25,245 nucleotides of DNA from an uncultured archaeon (GCA_964373795.1 CAYJVY010000014.1:1-25245); one strand, 5' to 3'; shown: positions 14,323 to 23,040, numbered from the stretch's first letter. A program made the numbers and translations. The notes: generated by a model from the letters alone, not told the origin.

Positions 14323-17300
14323 TTTAAAAAATTTTTTTCAATTTTTTTGGTTTACTTATTCTTGGCTCCGTCTTTTGCTTATAGCATTGAATTCAGTCAA
14401 TCAAATGAATTATCTTCAGTTCAAGAAAAAGGAGTTGAAGAAAATGATTTAGAGAATGGTTTTGTTTTATCTGATGAAGTGCCTAACACAGTTATTGTGA
14501 GTTTTCAGTCTTCTGCAGATGCAAATAAAGGTAGTGGAAAAAAACCTGTTTGTACTTTAACTTCTTTAACTGAGGAAGAAGTGCAGGCTTTAAAGGATAA
14601 AATTAGAAAGGAAGGAATTACTGTTGAAGAAATTGGTTCTGGAGTGAAGGTTGACAATCCTGAAAAACTTAGCAAGAATGAAGCAATTTTAACTCATAGG
14701 GATGAAAACTTTGGTTCAAAGGTTTCCTTGCCTGATGAAAAGATTTTGCCTGAACAAGCTTCTTGGATTTTGAATACTAAAACAAATGGAGCTTTTTCTT
14801 TTGGAGTAGTATTAGATGATACTTTGAGAGTTGGAAGATGTGTTGGAAATGTTAGAGATGTAAATGCTTGTGCAGTTGAAGGAGCCAAGCTTTTTTTAAG
14901 AAACAGTGGAACTGGAATTAAACCAATTATTGTTAACACTGTGAAGGCAACTTTTAATGAATTAGTTCAAGGCAAGACAAGGGATAATAGTATTTCTCCT
15001 GAACAATTAAAGTCTTTGCAGGAAACTTATAATACTTCTACTGCTGAAGGAGACTTAAATCTTCCAACAAAGCAAGCTAAAAGAATTTCTGGAGAGTTAA
15101 TTGCAAACACTATTGAAGTGCAAGATTTTACTGTTAAAATGGAATCTAATTCAAAGAAAGGAGCGATTTCAACTTATTCTTTGTTTGATAAATATTTTAA
15201 TTCAGTTTTTTCAACTGAAATGGTGGCTTCAATTGGATTGCCTACTCTTGCACATAGAGCTAGAAAATTGCTTGGATATGGAAAGCTTAGATTAGGAGAT
15301 TATTGGCCTTTTGAATTAAAGAAGAGAAGGTTTGCTAGAAAACTTGAAGCATTTATTGCAAATCCTGAAACATTTCTTGGAAACTCTAAAATTAATAGAT
15401 GGAGGGCTAGAATTAAAAAATTTCCTGAAGTAGGAGAAGTTCATTATGACATGGTTTTAGGAACTGGTGGAAGTTCGGGTTATCATGTAATTAAAGGAGG
15501 GAGTTTTCAGAACTGGATTAGAGAAGCTCTTCGTCCTGAAGGAGTAATTGGAAAAATTAAAGATCCTCAAGTAAAAGAAGAATTAGTTAGATATATTGGG
15601 GAATTCGAGTATTTTACTAGGACAGTTGAAACAATTGCTGATGCAGCAAAAGAAAAAGCAGCTAAAGAGATTGCAGAAGCAACTGTAAAAAAAACTGCTG
15701 GACAAATAACTGAAGAAGAACTTGGTTTAATTACTTCTAGAGCTAAACTGGATCAAGCAAGGGTTTTAGCTCAATTAATGCAACAAGTTGATGATATAGC
15801 TGAACTTGATTTACCTGAATATTATATGAGGAAACAAGAATTTGGTTGGCCTGGAAAAGGAGTGTTTAATAAAAAATTAGGAACCTATCAAGATGTTTAC
15901 GAGGATTCAACTAACTATGATATGGGTTTGTTTGATCCATTTATTAATGATGGAAAATGGACTAAAGATAACACGTTTTTTGAAACAGATGATTTTGGAA
16001 ACCTTGTATTATATGAAATGAAGCCACATGGAACAGCAATTGGAGAAATAGCTAAAGATCAACTAGACTTAGTTATTGCTGAAGGAAAATACGTTGAAAA
16101 AATGACTCAATTAAAAACAGGGGAATATGTTTTAATTAATTCAAACAATAAAGATGTAATTTTAAAGCATGCTGATTCTCCTATAAAGATTTACGATAAA
16201 GGTTGGCAGAAAATGGAGAAACCTTTAACACCTGTTGATTTATCTGATAAATTAACTGATGCATATGTTTACAAGAGAATGACTAAATATGCTTCTTTTA
16301 ATACTCAGGGTTTAAAGAATACTTTATTAGAGCATAATTTTTCTTCAAGAAAATATACTTCTATTTTAGATAAACAGTTTGCCCAAGAAGGAGAACTAAT
16401 TAGAGAATATTTTACTTTGAAAGGAGGATTAAAGTTTACTGCTGAACCAATTGCTTATTGGTGGGCTAGAAAAGGATTTGGAATTGAAGATATTTCTTTT
16501 TATAGATTGCCTGATGAATGGAAAAGAATTGATTTAGTTACAGGAGAAGAACCAATTTATGAAGATGCATTTGTTGACTTTTTTGCAAATGAAGGCTCGG
16601 ATCAAGGAGACTTGTTTATCCAAGTAATAGATAAATTACCTTGGAAAGTTGTTTACAATAAAGCAGTTGAAACCTTTGCTCCAGATGCAGTTCAAGACAC
16701 TTATGATTATATTACTGGAGTTGATAGAAGAGATGAAGTTGAAAACCTGATTTTTTATTTAAGAGGACCAAAAAATTGCAGTGATTGCAGTATTACTTTA
16801 AGTACTCAAGACTTGAAAGATTTTAGTCCAAGTTTTTATTCTTCTATTGAAATGGATGCATTCCTGTTAGAGGAAACACTTAAAGGAGCAAAACAAGGAC
16901 AATTACTTGTAGCTTATGCTCATCACACTGATTTACAAGGAAAAAGCTTTGACAAGGATGCAAATCCCGAACCAATTGATTTAGTTGAAGCAAGAAAAAA
17001 TGAAAATACTTGCAGAGATAAAGTGAAAAAACTTGCATTTGGATTGGATATTGGGACTAGTGTTGGAGGAATTGTTGCTTTAGGTGAAAGCATTTCTTAC
17101 ATGGTTTTTGGATGGCCAGCTCTTTTTGGAACAATTGCTTCTCAAATGCTTTACATTCCTGAATTAAATGGATGTGTAGACGATCAAGAAGGATATTATG
17201 TTCATTTCTTTGCTCCAAATGTTGAACAAAAAAAAGCAAAAGAAGATCCAACTGAATTAGCTTCAGAAAAGGCAGCAAATTTTGTGCAAAAAATTAAAGA

Positions 17301-18885
17301 TGATGGACTAGGCTTAATTAAAGGAGACACTAATTCTTTTGTTGACACTAAATTAAAACAAGTTGAAGAAAAACTTGGACAATTTGTTCAAAACACTGCA
17401 GCAAAAGACATTGTGGAAGCAGAGCTTCATTCAAATGGATTTACTTCTGGAGGATTGAAAGGAGTTGGATTGTTTTATTTCTGGCTTGAAGGAGGCTCTG
17501 AGTTAAGTAAATCAAAATACTTAGAGAAAGGAAAGACTTTTTTAACTGGGAAAACCGCTTTAGATGAAGAAGGAAAAAGAAGAGAGGTTTCAATTGAATT
17601 AGATAATGAAACAGGGACTTTAAAAGTTGATGGAAACGAAATTCTTTCATCTGAACACGCTAAAGACGCAGTTAGATTATCTGCTCCTAATTTAAAGATT
17701 CCAGCATATGAAATTGCTAATAGGTTAACTAAGGCTAGAATGCCTTCAAAGTTTGGAAATTTATTTGAAATTCAATTAAGTGGGCGAACAACTGTTTTAG
17801 ATGACGATGTATTAGACTGTATTCAAAAAGCAGTTGAATTTCAAAGTGGTTTGCCTTTAAAAAGTAAAAACATTGACGATGCATTTGGGCCTGCAAATTC
17901 TCTTACTACTAATAGTCATCCTTCAATTAATTTACTTCCTTTAGAGAAAAAAATTGTTGCAGAAGGAGCTCCTAGAAAAGTAATAATTGGCCAAGAATCA
18001 AAAGTAATTGTTGCAAACAATAGAGATGTAAACCTTGTTTCATCTAAGGAATCTTTTCCTACAGGAAAATTTGAGTCATTAAAATTAGAAAATGGTGAAA
18101 TTCTTTACAAGGCTTCAACTGATGAATTAGTTATTTGGATTAAAAGACATAAAGATGCAATAATGGAAAGCTCTGAAGTGCAAAACCTTAAAGCAGATTT
18201 AACTAAAACAATTAATCCTGAAACTGGTTGTGAAGAAACAGCAATTGATTTAAGTGTTCGAGGACTGCCAACTGATTTGGGTTTAAAAAAAGAAGCAAAC
18301 TTTAACAAGGCATTGCAAAGAATGGGGCCATTTCAAGTATTTGATACAGACAGATATACTTTTATTTTTTATTCAGAAAAAGTTAACGGAATCTGTCAAG
18401 AAAGATTTAGAAGAATTGATAAAATAACTGGAGAAGTATACGATCAAGAAATAGTTAGTCCGCCAAAGAAAACAGATAAAGGAATTGAATTCACTACAGC
18501 TGATGGAAAAAAACATGCATTGGATTTCTCTGCTCCAAACGGAGTTCCAACTCTAACTTATAACGGCGAGTCTGGCACTTTGAAAAACGCTCAAGGAAAA
18601 AACGGCAGTTTTTGGTACGATCCAGATAAGGGTTTAATGTATGCAGATAACTCTCAATTAATTCCTTTACTTGAAGCATTCAAACAAGCAGGCCTTGAAT
18701 TTAAAGGAAGAGGAGATGGAACAGCTACTGCAACAGCTGGAAATAATATTTTCATTGGCCCTCAAGAAGCCGGAGCAACAAATCCTTTAGCAAACCTTCC
18801 CTCGCTTCCAGAAAATTCATTGCTTGCAGTTTTAATGATTGCAGTAATTTTGTCTGCCATACTATTAATTCAAAATAAATCATAA
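14320..18885 (+). CDS. Giant secreted surface protein (~1521 aa) with N-terminal signal peptide and C-terminal membrane anchor
   Basis: I prefer the GTG at 14320, preceded by AAGGGG; the track start is 14281. The signal peptide is VFKKFFSIFLVYLFLAPSFA|YSIE. The C-terminus is ..NLPSLPENSLLAVLMIAVILSAILLIQNKS. There are 10 Cys in the mature part, and a T10 run follows the stop. I recognise no domain. Confidence 0.8.
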   Translation: MFKKFFSIFLVYLFLAPSFAYSIEFSQSNELSSVQEKGVEENDLENGFVLSDEVPNTVIVSFQSSADANKGSGKKPVCTLTSLTEEEVQALKDKIRKEGITVEEIGSGVKVDNPEKLSKNEAILTHRDENFGSKVSLPDEKILPEQASWILNTKTNGAFSFGVVLDDTLRVGRCVGNVRDVNACAVEGAKLFLRNSGTGIKPIIVNTVKATFNELVQGKTRDNSISPEQLKSLQETYNTSTAEGDLNLPTKQAKRISGELIANTIEVQDFTVKMESNSKKGAISTYSLFDKYFNSVFSTEMVASIGLPTLAHRARKLLGYGKLRLGDYWPFELKKRRFARKLEAFIANPETFLGNSKINRWRARIKKFPEVGEVHYDMVLGTGGSSGYHVIKGGSFQNWIREALRPEGVIGKIKDPQVKEELVRYIGEFEYFTRTVETIADAAKEKAAKEIAEATVKKTAGQITEEELGLITSRAKLDQARVLAQLMQQVDDIAELDLPEYYMRKQEFGWPGKGVFNKKLGTYQDVYEDSTNYDMGLFDPFINDGKWTKDNTFFETDDFGNLVLYEMKPHGTAIGEIAKDQLDLVIAEGKYVEKMTQLKTGEYVLINSNNKDVILKHADSPIKIYDKGWQKMEKPLTPVDLSDKLTDAYVYKRMTKYASFNTQGLKNTLLEHNFSSRKYTSILDKQFAQEGELIREYFTLKGGLKFTAEPIAYWWARKGFGIEDISFYRLPDEWKRIDLVTGEEPIYEDAFVDFFANEGSDQGDLFIQVIDKLPWKVVYNKAVETFAPDAVQDTYDYITGVDRRDEVENLIFYLRGPKNCSDCSITLSTQDLKDFSPSFYSSIEMDAFLLEETLKGAKQGQLLVAYAHHTDLQGKSFDKDANPEPIDLVEARKNENTCRDKVKKLAFGLDIGTSVGGIVALGESISYMVFGWPALFGTIASQMLYIPELNGCVDDQEGYYVHFFAPNVEQKKAKEDPTELASEKAANFVQKIKDDGLGLIKGDTNSFVDTKLKQVEEKLGQFVQNTAAKDIVEAELHSNGFTSGGLKGVGLFYFWLEGGSELSKSKYLEKGKTFLTGKTALDEEGKRREVSIELDNETGTLKVDGNEILSSEHAKDAVRLSAPNLKIPAYEIANRLTKARMPSKFGNLFEIQLSGRTTVLDDDVLDCIQKAVEFQSGLPLKSKNIDDAFGPANSLTTNSHPSINLLPLEKKIVAEGAPRKVIIGQESKVIVANNRDVNLVSSKESFPTGKFESLKLENGEILYKASTDELVIWIKRHKDAIMESSEVQNLKADLTKTINPETGCEETAIDLSVRGLPTDLGLKKEANFNKALQRMGPFQVFDTDRYTFIFYSEKVNGICQERFRRIDKITGEVYDQEIVSPPKKTDKGIEFTTADGKKHALDFSAPNGVPTLTYNGESGTLKNAQGKNGSFWYDPDKGLMYADNSQLIPLLEAFKQAGLEFKGRGDGTATATAGNNIFIGPQEAGATNPLANLPSLPENSLLAVLMIAVILSAILLIQNKS

Positions 18886-18895
18886 TTTTTTTTTT
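18886..18895 (+). terminator. Oligo-T (T10) terminator after the giant gene
   Basis: Ten consecutive T residues follow the TAA at 18883-18885. Oligo-T tracts are the usual archaeal termination signal. Confidence 0.5.
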
Positions 18896-18921
18896 GGGAA
18901 AATTATTTTAGGAGGCATAAA

Positions 18922-19224
18922 ATGCTTAAGCCAAGAATGGAAGGGATTAGAAAAAGAGTTGGAGCTGCATTAGATAATTGGAGTAAAGGAAGAATTAAAG
19001 CTGCCAAGGAACATGCAAGCAGAAAACATTCTATTGCTTTAACTGCGGGAAGAAGAGTTGCTCTTGCGGCTGCAGGTGCTCCTGGAAGTATTTTATTTGC
19101 TTCTTCTCAAGCTGAATCTGCGCGTAGAAGCGCAATCAGTGCCAAAAATAGAGCTAAAAGAATTGAAGAACGCCATTCAACTGGTTGGATTGGAGGATTA
19201 AAAAAAAGAATTAAAGGCACTTAA
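18922..19224 (+). CDS. Small basic Ala/Arg/Lys-rich protein of unknown function
   Basis: A strong AGGAGG (18910-18915) lies 6 nt before the ATG. 100 aa with a central Ala/Gly hydrophobic patch (RRVALAAAGAPGSILFA). Visibly more G+C-rich than its surroundings. Confidence 0.5.
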   Translation: MLKPRMEGIRKRVGAALDNWSKGRIKAAKEHASRKHSIALTAGRRVALAAAGAPGSILFASSQAESARRSAISAKNRAKRIEERHSTGWIGGLKKRIKGT

Positions 19225-19240
19225 ATTTTTCACTTGAATT

Positions 19241-20011
19241 TTAGGTTGTCATCATTGAATGAGTGTCTTCAAATTTAGTTAATTCTTGTTGTGTTTTCTT
19301 TAATTTTTCTAATTGAGAAAGCAAAGCTTTTTCTGTGTCTTGAGCTTCTTTTAATAATGGTTCAATCTTAATTGCTAATCCCAAGATATCGTTTAATTTT
19401 TTAATTAAGGATGCAGCTGCTTTATAGTCAGCGCCTAATTGAACTACTCCCATTAAAGAAAATCCTTCAATTTTGTAATCAGTTAATTTTAACAAAATTA
19501 ATGCAGTTATTCCAGTTGTAATTCCGTCTTCAATTACTTTTACTCCATATTTTTGTAAAACTTTTATTGACTCGCTATTACAACCAATTCCGTAAATGTC
19601 TTCTGTTTCTTCATTTAATTGAATTCCTGATAAAGAAATAATTCTTTTAAATTTTTTTTCTTTAATCCATTCAACTATTTTGTCTGCTACTTCAATAGTG
19701 TAATTTTTTGGAATAATTTGCTCAGAAATAAGTAAAGCAATTTTTAGTTTTTCGTCAACGTAAATTCTTGAAGGATGAACTGGTTGGCCTTCATGAATTC
19801 TAATTACTGGCATGAAAATATTTGCATCAAATACTCCTATTTCCTTCATTTTCAGTCTTTCAATTAAGTATTTTGCAGCAATTGTTCCAGCAAGACCTAA
19901 TCCTGGAAATCCTTCAATTAAAGTATATCCTTGCAAGTTTTTTTTAGTTTGTTCAATAAACCTTAATTCAATTGCACGCTTTAAAATCTTCTCACCTTTT
20001 AGTAACAGCAA
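19241..20011 (-). CDS. PAC2-family (proteasome assembly chaperone 2-like) protein
   Basis: The N-terminal LIEGFPGLGLAGTIAAKYLIE matches the PAC2 signature (GFPGxGxvG). ~256 aa with a coiled C-terminal tail. The only canonical start at the 5' end of the ORF is a TTG at 20011, so the start is uncertain. Confidence 0.8.
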   Translation of the reverse strand: MLLLKGEKILKRAIELRFIEQTKKNLQGYTLIEGFPGLGLAGTIAAKYLIERLKMKEIGVFDANIFMPVIRIHEGQPVHPSRIYVDEKLKIALLISEQIIPKNYTIEVADKIVEWIKEKKFKRIISLSGIQLNEETEDIYGIGCNSESIKVLQKYGVKVIEDGITTGITALILLKLTDYKIEGFSLMGVVQLGADYKAAASLIKKLNDILGLAIKIEPLLKEAQDTEKALLSQLEKLKKTQQELTKFEDTHSMMTT

Positions 20012-20043
20012 ACAACAAAAAATTTATAATTAGATCACTGTTA

Positions 20044-20112
20044 TTAAAGCCGTTTAATTAGTTTACTTGATTCTTTTGCTGAAAGTTTTTTATTCTTGCC
20101 AAAATTGGCTGT
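20044..20112 (-). pseudogene. Decayed duplicate of the 3' end of tyrA
   Basis: Reads TANFGKNKKLSAKESSKLIKRL* on the minus strand, against TANYFGKHKELSAKKSIKVIEALSK* at the real tyrA end (21584-21658). My hand alignment, with one codon gap, gives 15 of 22 aa and 43 of 66 nt identical. A stop codon lies just upstream of the fragment. Confidence 0.5.
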
Positions 20113-20158
20113 CCAATATTTTTATATTACTTAAGCACTAAATTTTATTGGAGAGTTT

Positions 20159-20317
20159 ATGGAAAAAAAGTTTTCAGCTGTTATTACAAAAGAGGGTAAA
20201 TGGTTTGTTTCTTATTGCCCTGAACTAGGCGTGGCATCTCAAGGCCAAACAAAAAAACTTCATTGCAGCCAAATTCACCTTAGCTGTTTCAACAAACCTA
20301 ACATAATGTTCATGTAA
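20159..20317 (+). pseudogene. HicB/UPF0150-like antitoxin N-terminal fragment (orphan, probably truncated)
   Basis: GGAGAG precedes the ATG at 20159. MEKKFSAVITKEGKWFVSYCPELGVASQGQT matches the HicB N-terminal pattern (..ytAvi.kegd.yvA.cPELgvasqG.T). The expected helical continuation is replaced by unrelated residues and an early stop. There is no hicA nearby. Confidence 0.5.
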
Positions 20318-20400
20318 ATTATCAGTCAAAAAAACACCAAAAATACTAGGAAATTGGAATTTTTAAACCTTGGCCTTTTAAAAAATTTGCCGGTATGTAA

Positions 20401-21507
20401 TTACTTTATCAAACCAAACAGGTGCAGAACAACATCAAACAAATTTAGAACAAAACCGATCGAAGTTATAATTCCTGCAAATAGACCAAAAATTATATCT
20501 CCAATTGCTCTTTGCGGAGTTTTTTTCACAATTCTATAATTTGTATCCATACTAAGTGAAGGGTCTCTGTTTCCAACACACCCTTTTTCAATATCAAATT
20601 CAATTTCAGTTTTTATTATTGTTCTGCCTTCAGATTTAAGCTCATTGGTAAAATATATTGGAGAGCCATCTTGAATTTTGCAACCTTCTCTCTCAATTGT
20701 TTCAACAAATTCTTTCATTTCTGGAAAATATCCAGAAAAACTTTTCGGCAAAGCATAATTTTCTATTGAATCATCATATGGAGAATAATTAAACCAGTAT
20801 TTTTCATCTTTTGTTTTCATCGTAAAACTATACGCCCCTGAAAATGGATCTGTTTGCTCAGTATCATGGAATGATGAAAGAAATTCCTGAACTATTTTGT
20901 TGTTTTCAAATTTTTGCACCAAGCTTTTCATTGCGGACAGACTGTTGTCTGTTCCAATATTTTCTTCACCCATTATATAATCATTATATTGTGTAATTTT
21001 GTCACTGGAAACCTTGTAAGTAATAAATGCAAGATATTTTTTGCCGAATTTTGAAAGCGTGTTAGACTCAAGCAATACTTGTATTAGGAGCTCTTTTGAA
21101 ACATTATTGTCAAAAGTGAAATCAGTATCGTATAACTCCTTTGTGTACACTTCAGGATCAGGTTCAAAATTTTTTCCAAGCTTGTATGTTTTCACTTCCA
21201 CAATTTGAAAATCGGGGGAGAACTCTTTAAGTGCGGTTTCTCTTGCAAGAGCTGTTTCATCTGTTGAAGCATTATACTCAATTAAATAATAAGGAAATAC
21301 TTGTTTGCTAATTTGTTTGTTGAATTCATCCACTTGTTTGTTATATTCGTCCTGTTCTTGAGGGCTTAGTTTGTTAAATTCGCTAACCTGTTTGTTGAAT
21401 TCGTCCTGTTCTGGATGAATTTCAGAAGATACAAAAAGTTCAGACGATACAAAATTTGAAAGCATTCCCAAAATTATTATGGCTAAAAAATATTTCCACA
21501 AACCCAT
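20401..21507 (-). CDS. Exported protein with N-terminal signal/anchor, C-terminal membrane helix and a short DEFNKQ repeat region
   Basis: N-terminus MGLWKYFLAIIILGMLSNFVSS. C-terminus AIGDIIFGLFAGIITSIGFVLNLFDVVLHLFGLIK. The repeat PEQDEFNKQVSEFNKLSPQEQDEYNKQVDEFNKQISKQ is mirrored in DNA repeats around 21300-21420. Confidence 0.6.
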   Translation of the reverse strand: MGLWKYFLAIIILGMLSNFVSSELFVSSEIHPEQDEFNKQVSEFNKLSPQEQDEYNKQVDEFNKQISKQVFPYYLIEYNASTDETALARETALKEFSPDFQIVEVKTYKLGKNFEPDPEVYTKELYDTDFTFDNNVSKELLIQVLLESNTLSKFGKKYLAFITYKVSSDKITQYNDYIMGEENIGTDNSLSAMKSLVQKFENNKIVQEFLSSFHDTEQTDPFSGAYSFTMKTKDEKYWFNYSPYDDSIENYALPKSFSGYFPEMKEFVETIEREGCKIQDGSPIYFTNELKSEGRTIIKTEIEFDIEKGCVGNRDPSLSMDTNYRIVKKTPQRAIGDIIFGLFAGIITSIGFVLNLFDVVLHLFGLIK

Positions 21508-21537
21508 GAATAATAACTGTTTTAGCGCTTATTAAGT

Positions 21538-21572
21538 AATTTGGTTCAGTATTGAATTTCGGAAACCAAATT
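21538..21572. repeat. 9-bp inverted repeat AATTTGGTT / AACCAAATT with a 17-nt loop, just downstream of tyrA
   Basis: Read directly from the sequence. It sits between the tyrA stop (21584) and the start of the 368-aa gene (21507). It could be a terminator hairpin, a regulatory site or a recombination-site remnant. Confidence 0.35.
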
Positions 21573-21583
21573 TGTACCAAAAA

Positions 21584-22420
21584 CTACTTGCTCAAAGCTT
21601 CTATGACTTTAATGCTTTTCTTTGCTGAAAGCTCCTTGTGTTTTCCAAAATAGTTGGCTGTTTTATCAAAAAAATCCAAAAAATCTTTTCTGTTTTCTTT
21701 TTTCACAATTTCAGCCAGTTCGTTTGTTGATTCCTCAATTGCCTTCACGACTTTCTTTACGTCCTTATTTTTGAGTTGTATATCCGCATACAGCTCTGCA
21801 TCTTGATTTAAGATTCTTCCAATCATGTCAAAACGCATTTTATAAATCGGGCTACGAAATTTCAAGGTTTTATTTAAATCGAACTTTAATTCCTTTAAAG
21901 CCTTAGCAGTTGCAAGCAAGGAAAAATGAATCAATCCTTGAATCACAGCCATTAATTCATCGTGTTCTTTTGCTGAAACAACAGGAGTTTCAGCTCCAGC
22001 TTTTGCAAACATTTTTTTGAAAAAATTCAGCCATTTATTTCCTCTGCCTTTAACGCAGACAATTACTTGTCCTTTAAAATTTTTCACATCAGACGCAAAC
22101 ATTGGATGCAAGCCAAAAACCTCTGCTCCGCGCGGAGAAAATTTTTTCAATGCATTAATTGAATTTTGTTTCACTGAAGTAAAATCTGCAATTGCTTTTG
22201 CTTTTTTCGCAAACCTCGCGTTTTCCCTGATTACGTGAACTGTCTTGTTGATCGGCACGCAGTAAAACAAAAAATTGCTTTGTTGGGCAATTTCTTGATT
22301 TGAAGGTTTTTGTTTTGAATCATTCACAATCACGCGAAAGCCTTTCACGCGGAAAAATTTTGCAAATTGTTGTCCTGTTTTTCCTTTTCCTCCAATAATT
22401 CCAACAACTTGGTTTTTCAC
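21584..22420 (-). CDS. tyrA: Prephenate dehydrogenase
   Basis: GTG start. N-terminal Rossmann motif VGIIGGKGKTGQQF, GLHPMFA (the HPMF motif of prephenate dehydrogenases) and SAKEHDELMAVIQGLIHF. ~278 aa. Confidence 0.85.
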   Translation of the reverse strand: MKNQVVGIIGGKGKTGQQFAKFFRVKGFRVIVNDSKQKPSNQEIAQQSNFLFYCVPINKTVHVIRENARFAKKAKAIADFTSVKQNSINALKKFSPRGAEVFGLHPMFASDVKNFKGQVIVCVKGRGNKWLNFFKKMFAKAGAETPVVSAKEHDELMAVIQGLIHFSLLATAKALKELKFDLNKTLKFRSPIYKMRFDMIGRILNQDAELYADIQLKNKDVKKVVKAIEESTNELAEIVKKENRKDFLDFFDKTANYFGKHKELSAKKSIKVIEALSK

Positions 22421-22467
22421 TAAAATCGACCCTTAATTTTTTTAATTAACTATGCACTATAAATAAT

Positions 22468-22800
22468 TTATGATATTAATGTTACAATTTTTTTGATGAC
22501 TTCTTTGTATTTGGTTTCTTTGAGTTTGCAAATTTTCTTTATGATTTGTACTTTTTCAGTTGTGAATAGCATGCTTGCCCTTACGTAGCTGTCGACTTGT
22601 AAACTGCCATTTAAGGTTTCAGCTTTTCCAACTTCTACTGTAAAATTATCTGCTTCTATGTTTTTTGAAGTTATTTGGCAAAGTAGGATGTCGTTGCGAA
22701 ATTCTTCAGAAAGAACTAAACATGGCCTAAGCTTTCTTGCACTAAGGTCAGTATATGGAAATGGGAAAAGTACTATGTCTCCTTTTGAAAATGTGCCCAT
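22468..22800 (-). CDS. mazF: MazF/PemK-family toxin
   Basis: The pattern KGDIVLFPFPYTDLSARKLRPCLVLS....LLCQITSK is typical of the PemK/MazF SH3-like fold (GDI..v.f.....e..k.RP.lVlS ... v.piTs). 110 aa. Confidence 0.8.
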   Translation of the reverse strand: MGTFSKGDIVLFPFPYTDLSARKLRPCLVLSEEFRNDILLCQITSKNIEADNFTVEVGKAETLNGSLQVDSYVRASMLFTTEKVQIIKKICKLKETKYKEVIKKIVTLIS

Positions 22801-23021
22801 GCTTCGTCCTCCTCTTTAGTAAGCCAATTATGTGCCAAGGATTTTTCACTAGCTAAATAAGTATATAATCCATTCAAATTTTGGGTTTCTGCCTCGAATA
22901 ATTTTTCCCTCAGTACTTCTCTTATAAGGTCTTGAAGGCTTTCATACCCGTGGAGTTTTGCATAATTTTGTGCAGTGGAAAACATTTTATCTGAAATTTT
23001 TAGACTTATTTGCGTACCCAT
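22773..23021 (-). CDS. Putative antitoxin of the MazF-like toxin (ribbon-helix-helix-like N-terminus)
   Basis: I prefer the ATG at 23021; the track ORF extends to 23096 and would overlap the upstream gene. MGTQISLKISDKMFSTAQNYAKLHGYESLQDLIREVLREKL reads as a beta-strand followed by helices. It overlaps the toxin start by 28 nt. Confidence 0.5.
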   Translation of the reverse strand: MGTQISLKISDKMFSTAQNYAKLHGYESLQDLIREVLREKLFEAETQNLNGLYTYLASEKSLAHNWLTKEEDEAWAHFQKET

Positions 23022-23040
23022 GTGTACTATTATGTACAAA

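Noticed and set aside
18820-18885. Calling the C-terminus of the giant protein a canonical sortase (LPxTG) or archaeosortase (PGF/PEF-CTERM) signal
   Set aside because: The sequence is LPSLPENS followed by a helix. It matches none of the canonical motifs, and the tail has only one Lys. It is reported only as an unusual sorting-like signal to test.
20220-20400. Recovering a full-length HicB by a frameshift at the A7 run (20250-20256), or finding a hicA remnant downstream
   Set aside because: Neither alternative frame gives the expected helical HicB continuation. The remaining ~80 nt before the convergent gene is too short for a HicA. It is treated as an orphan truncated fragment.
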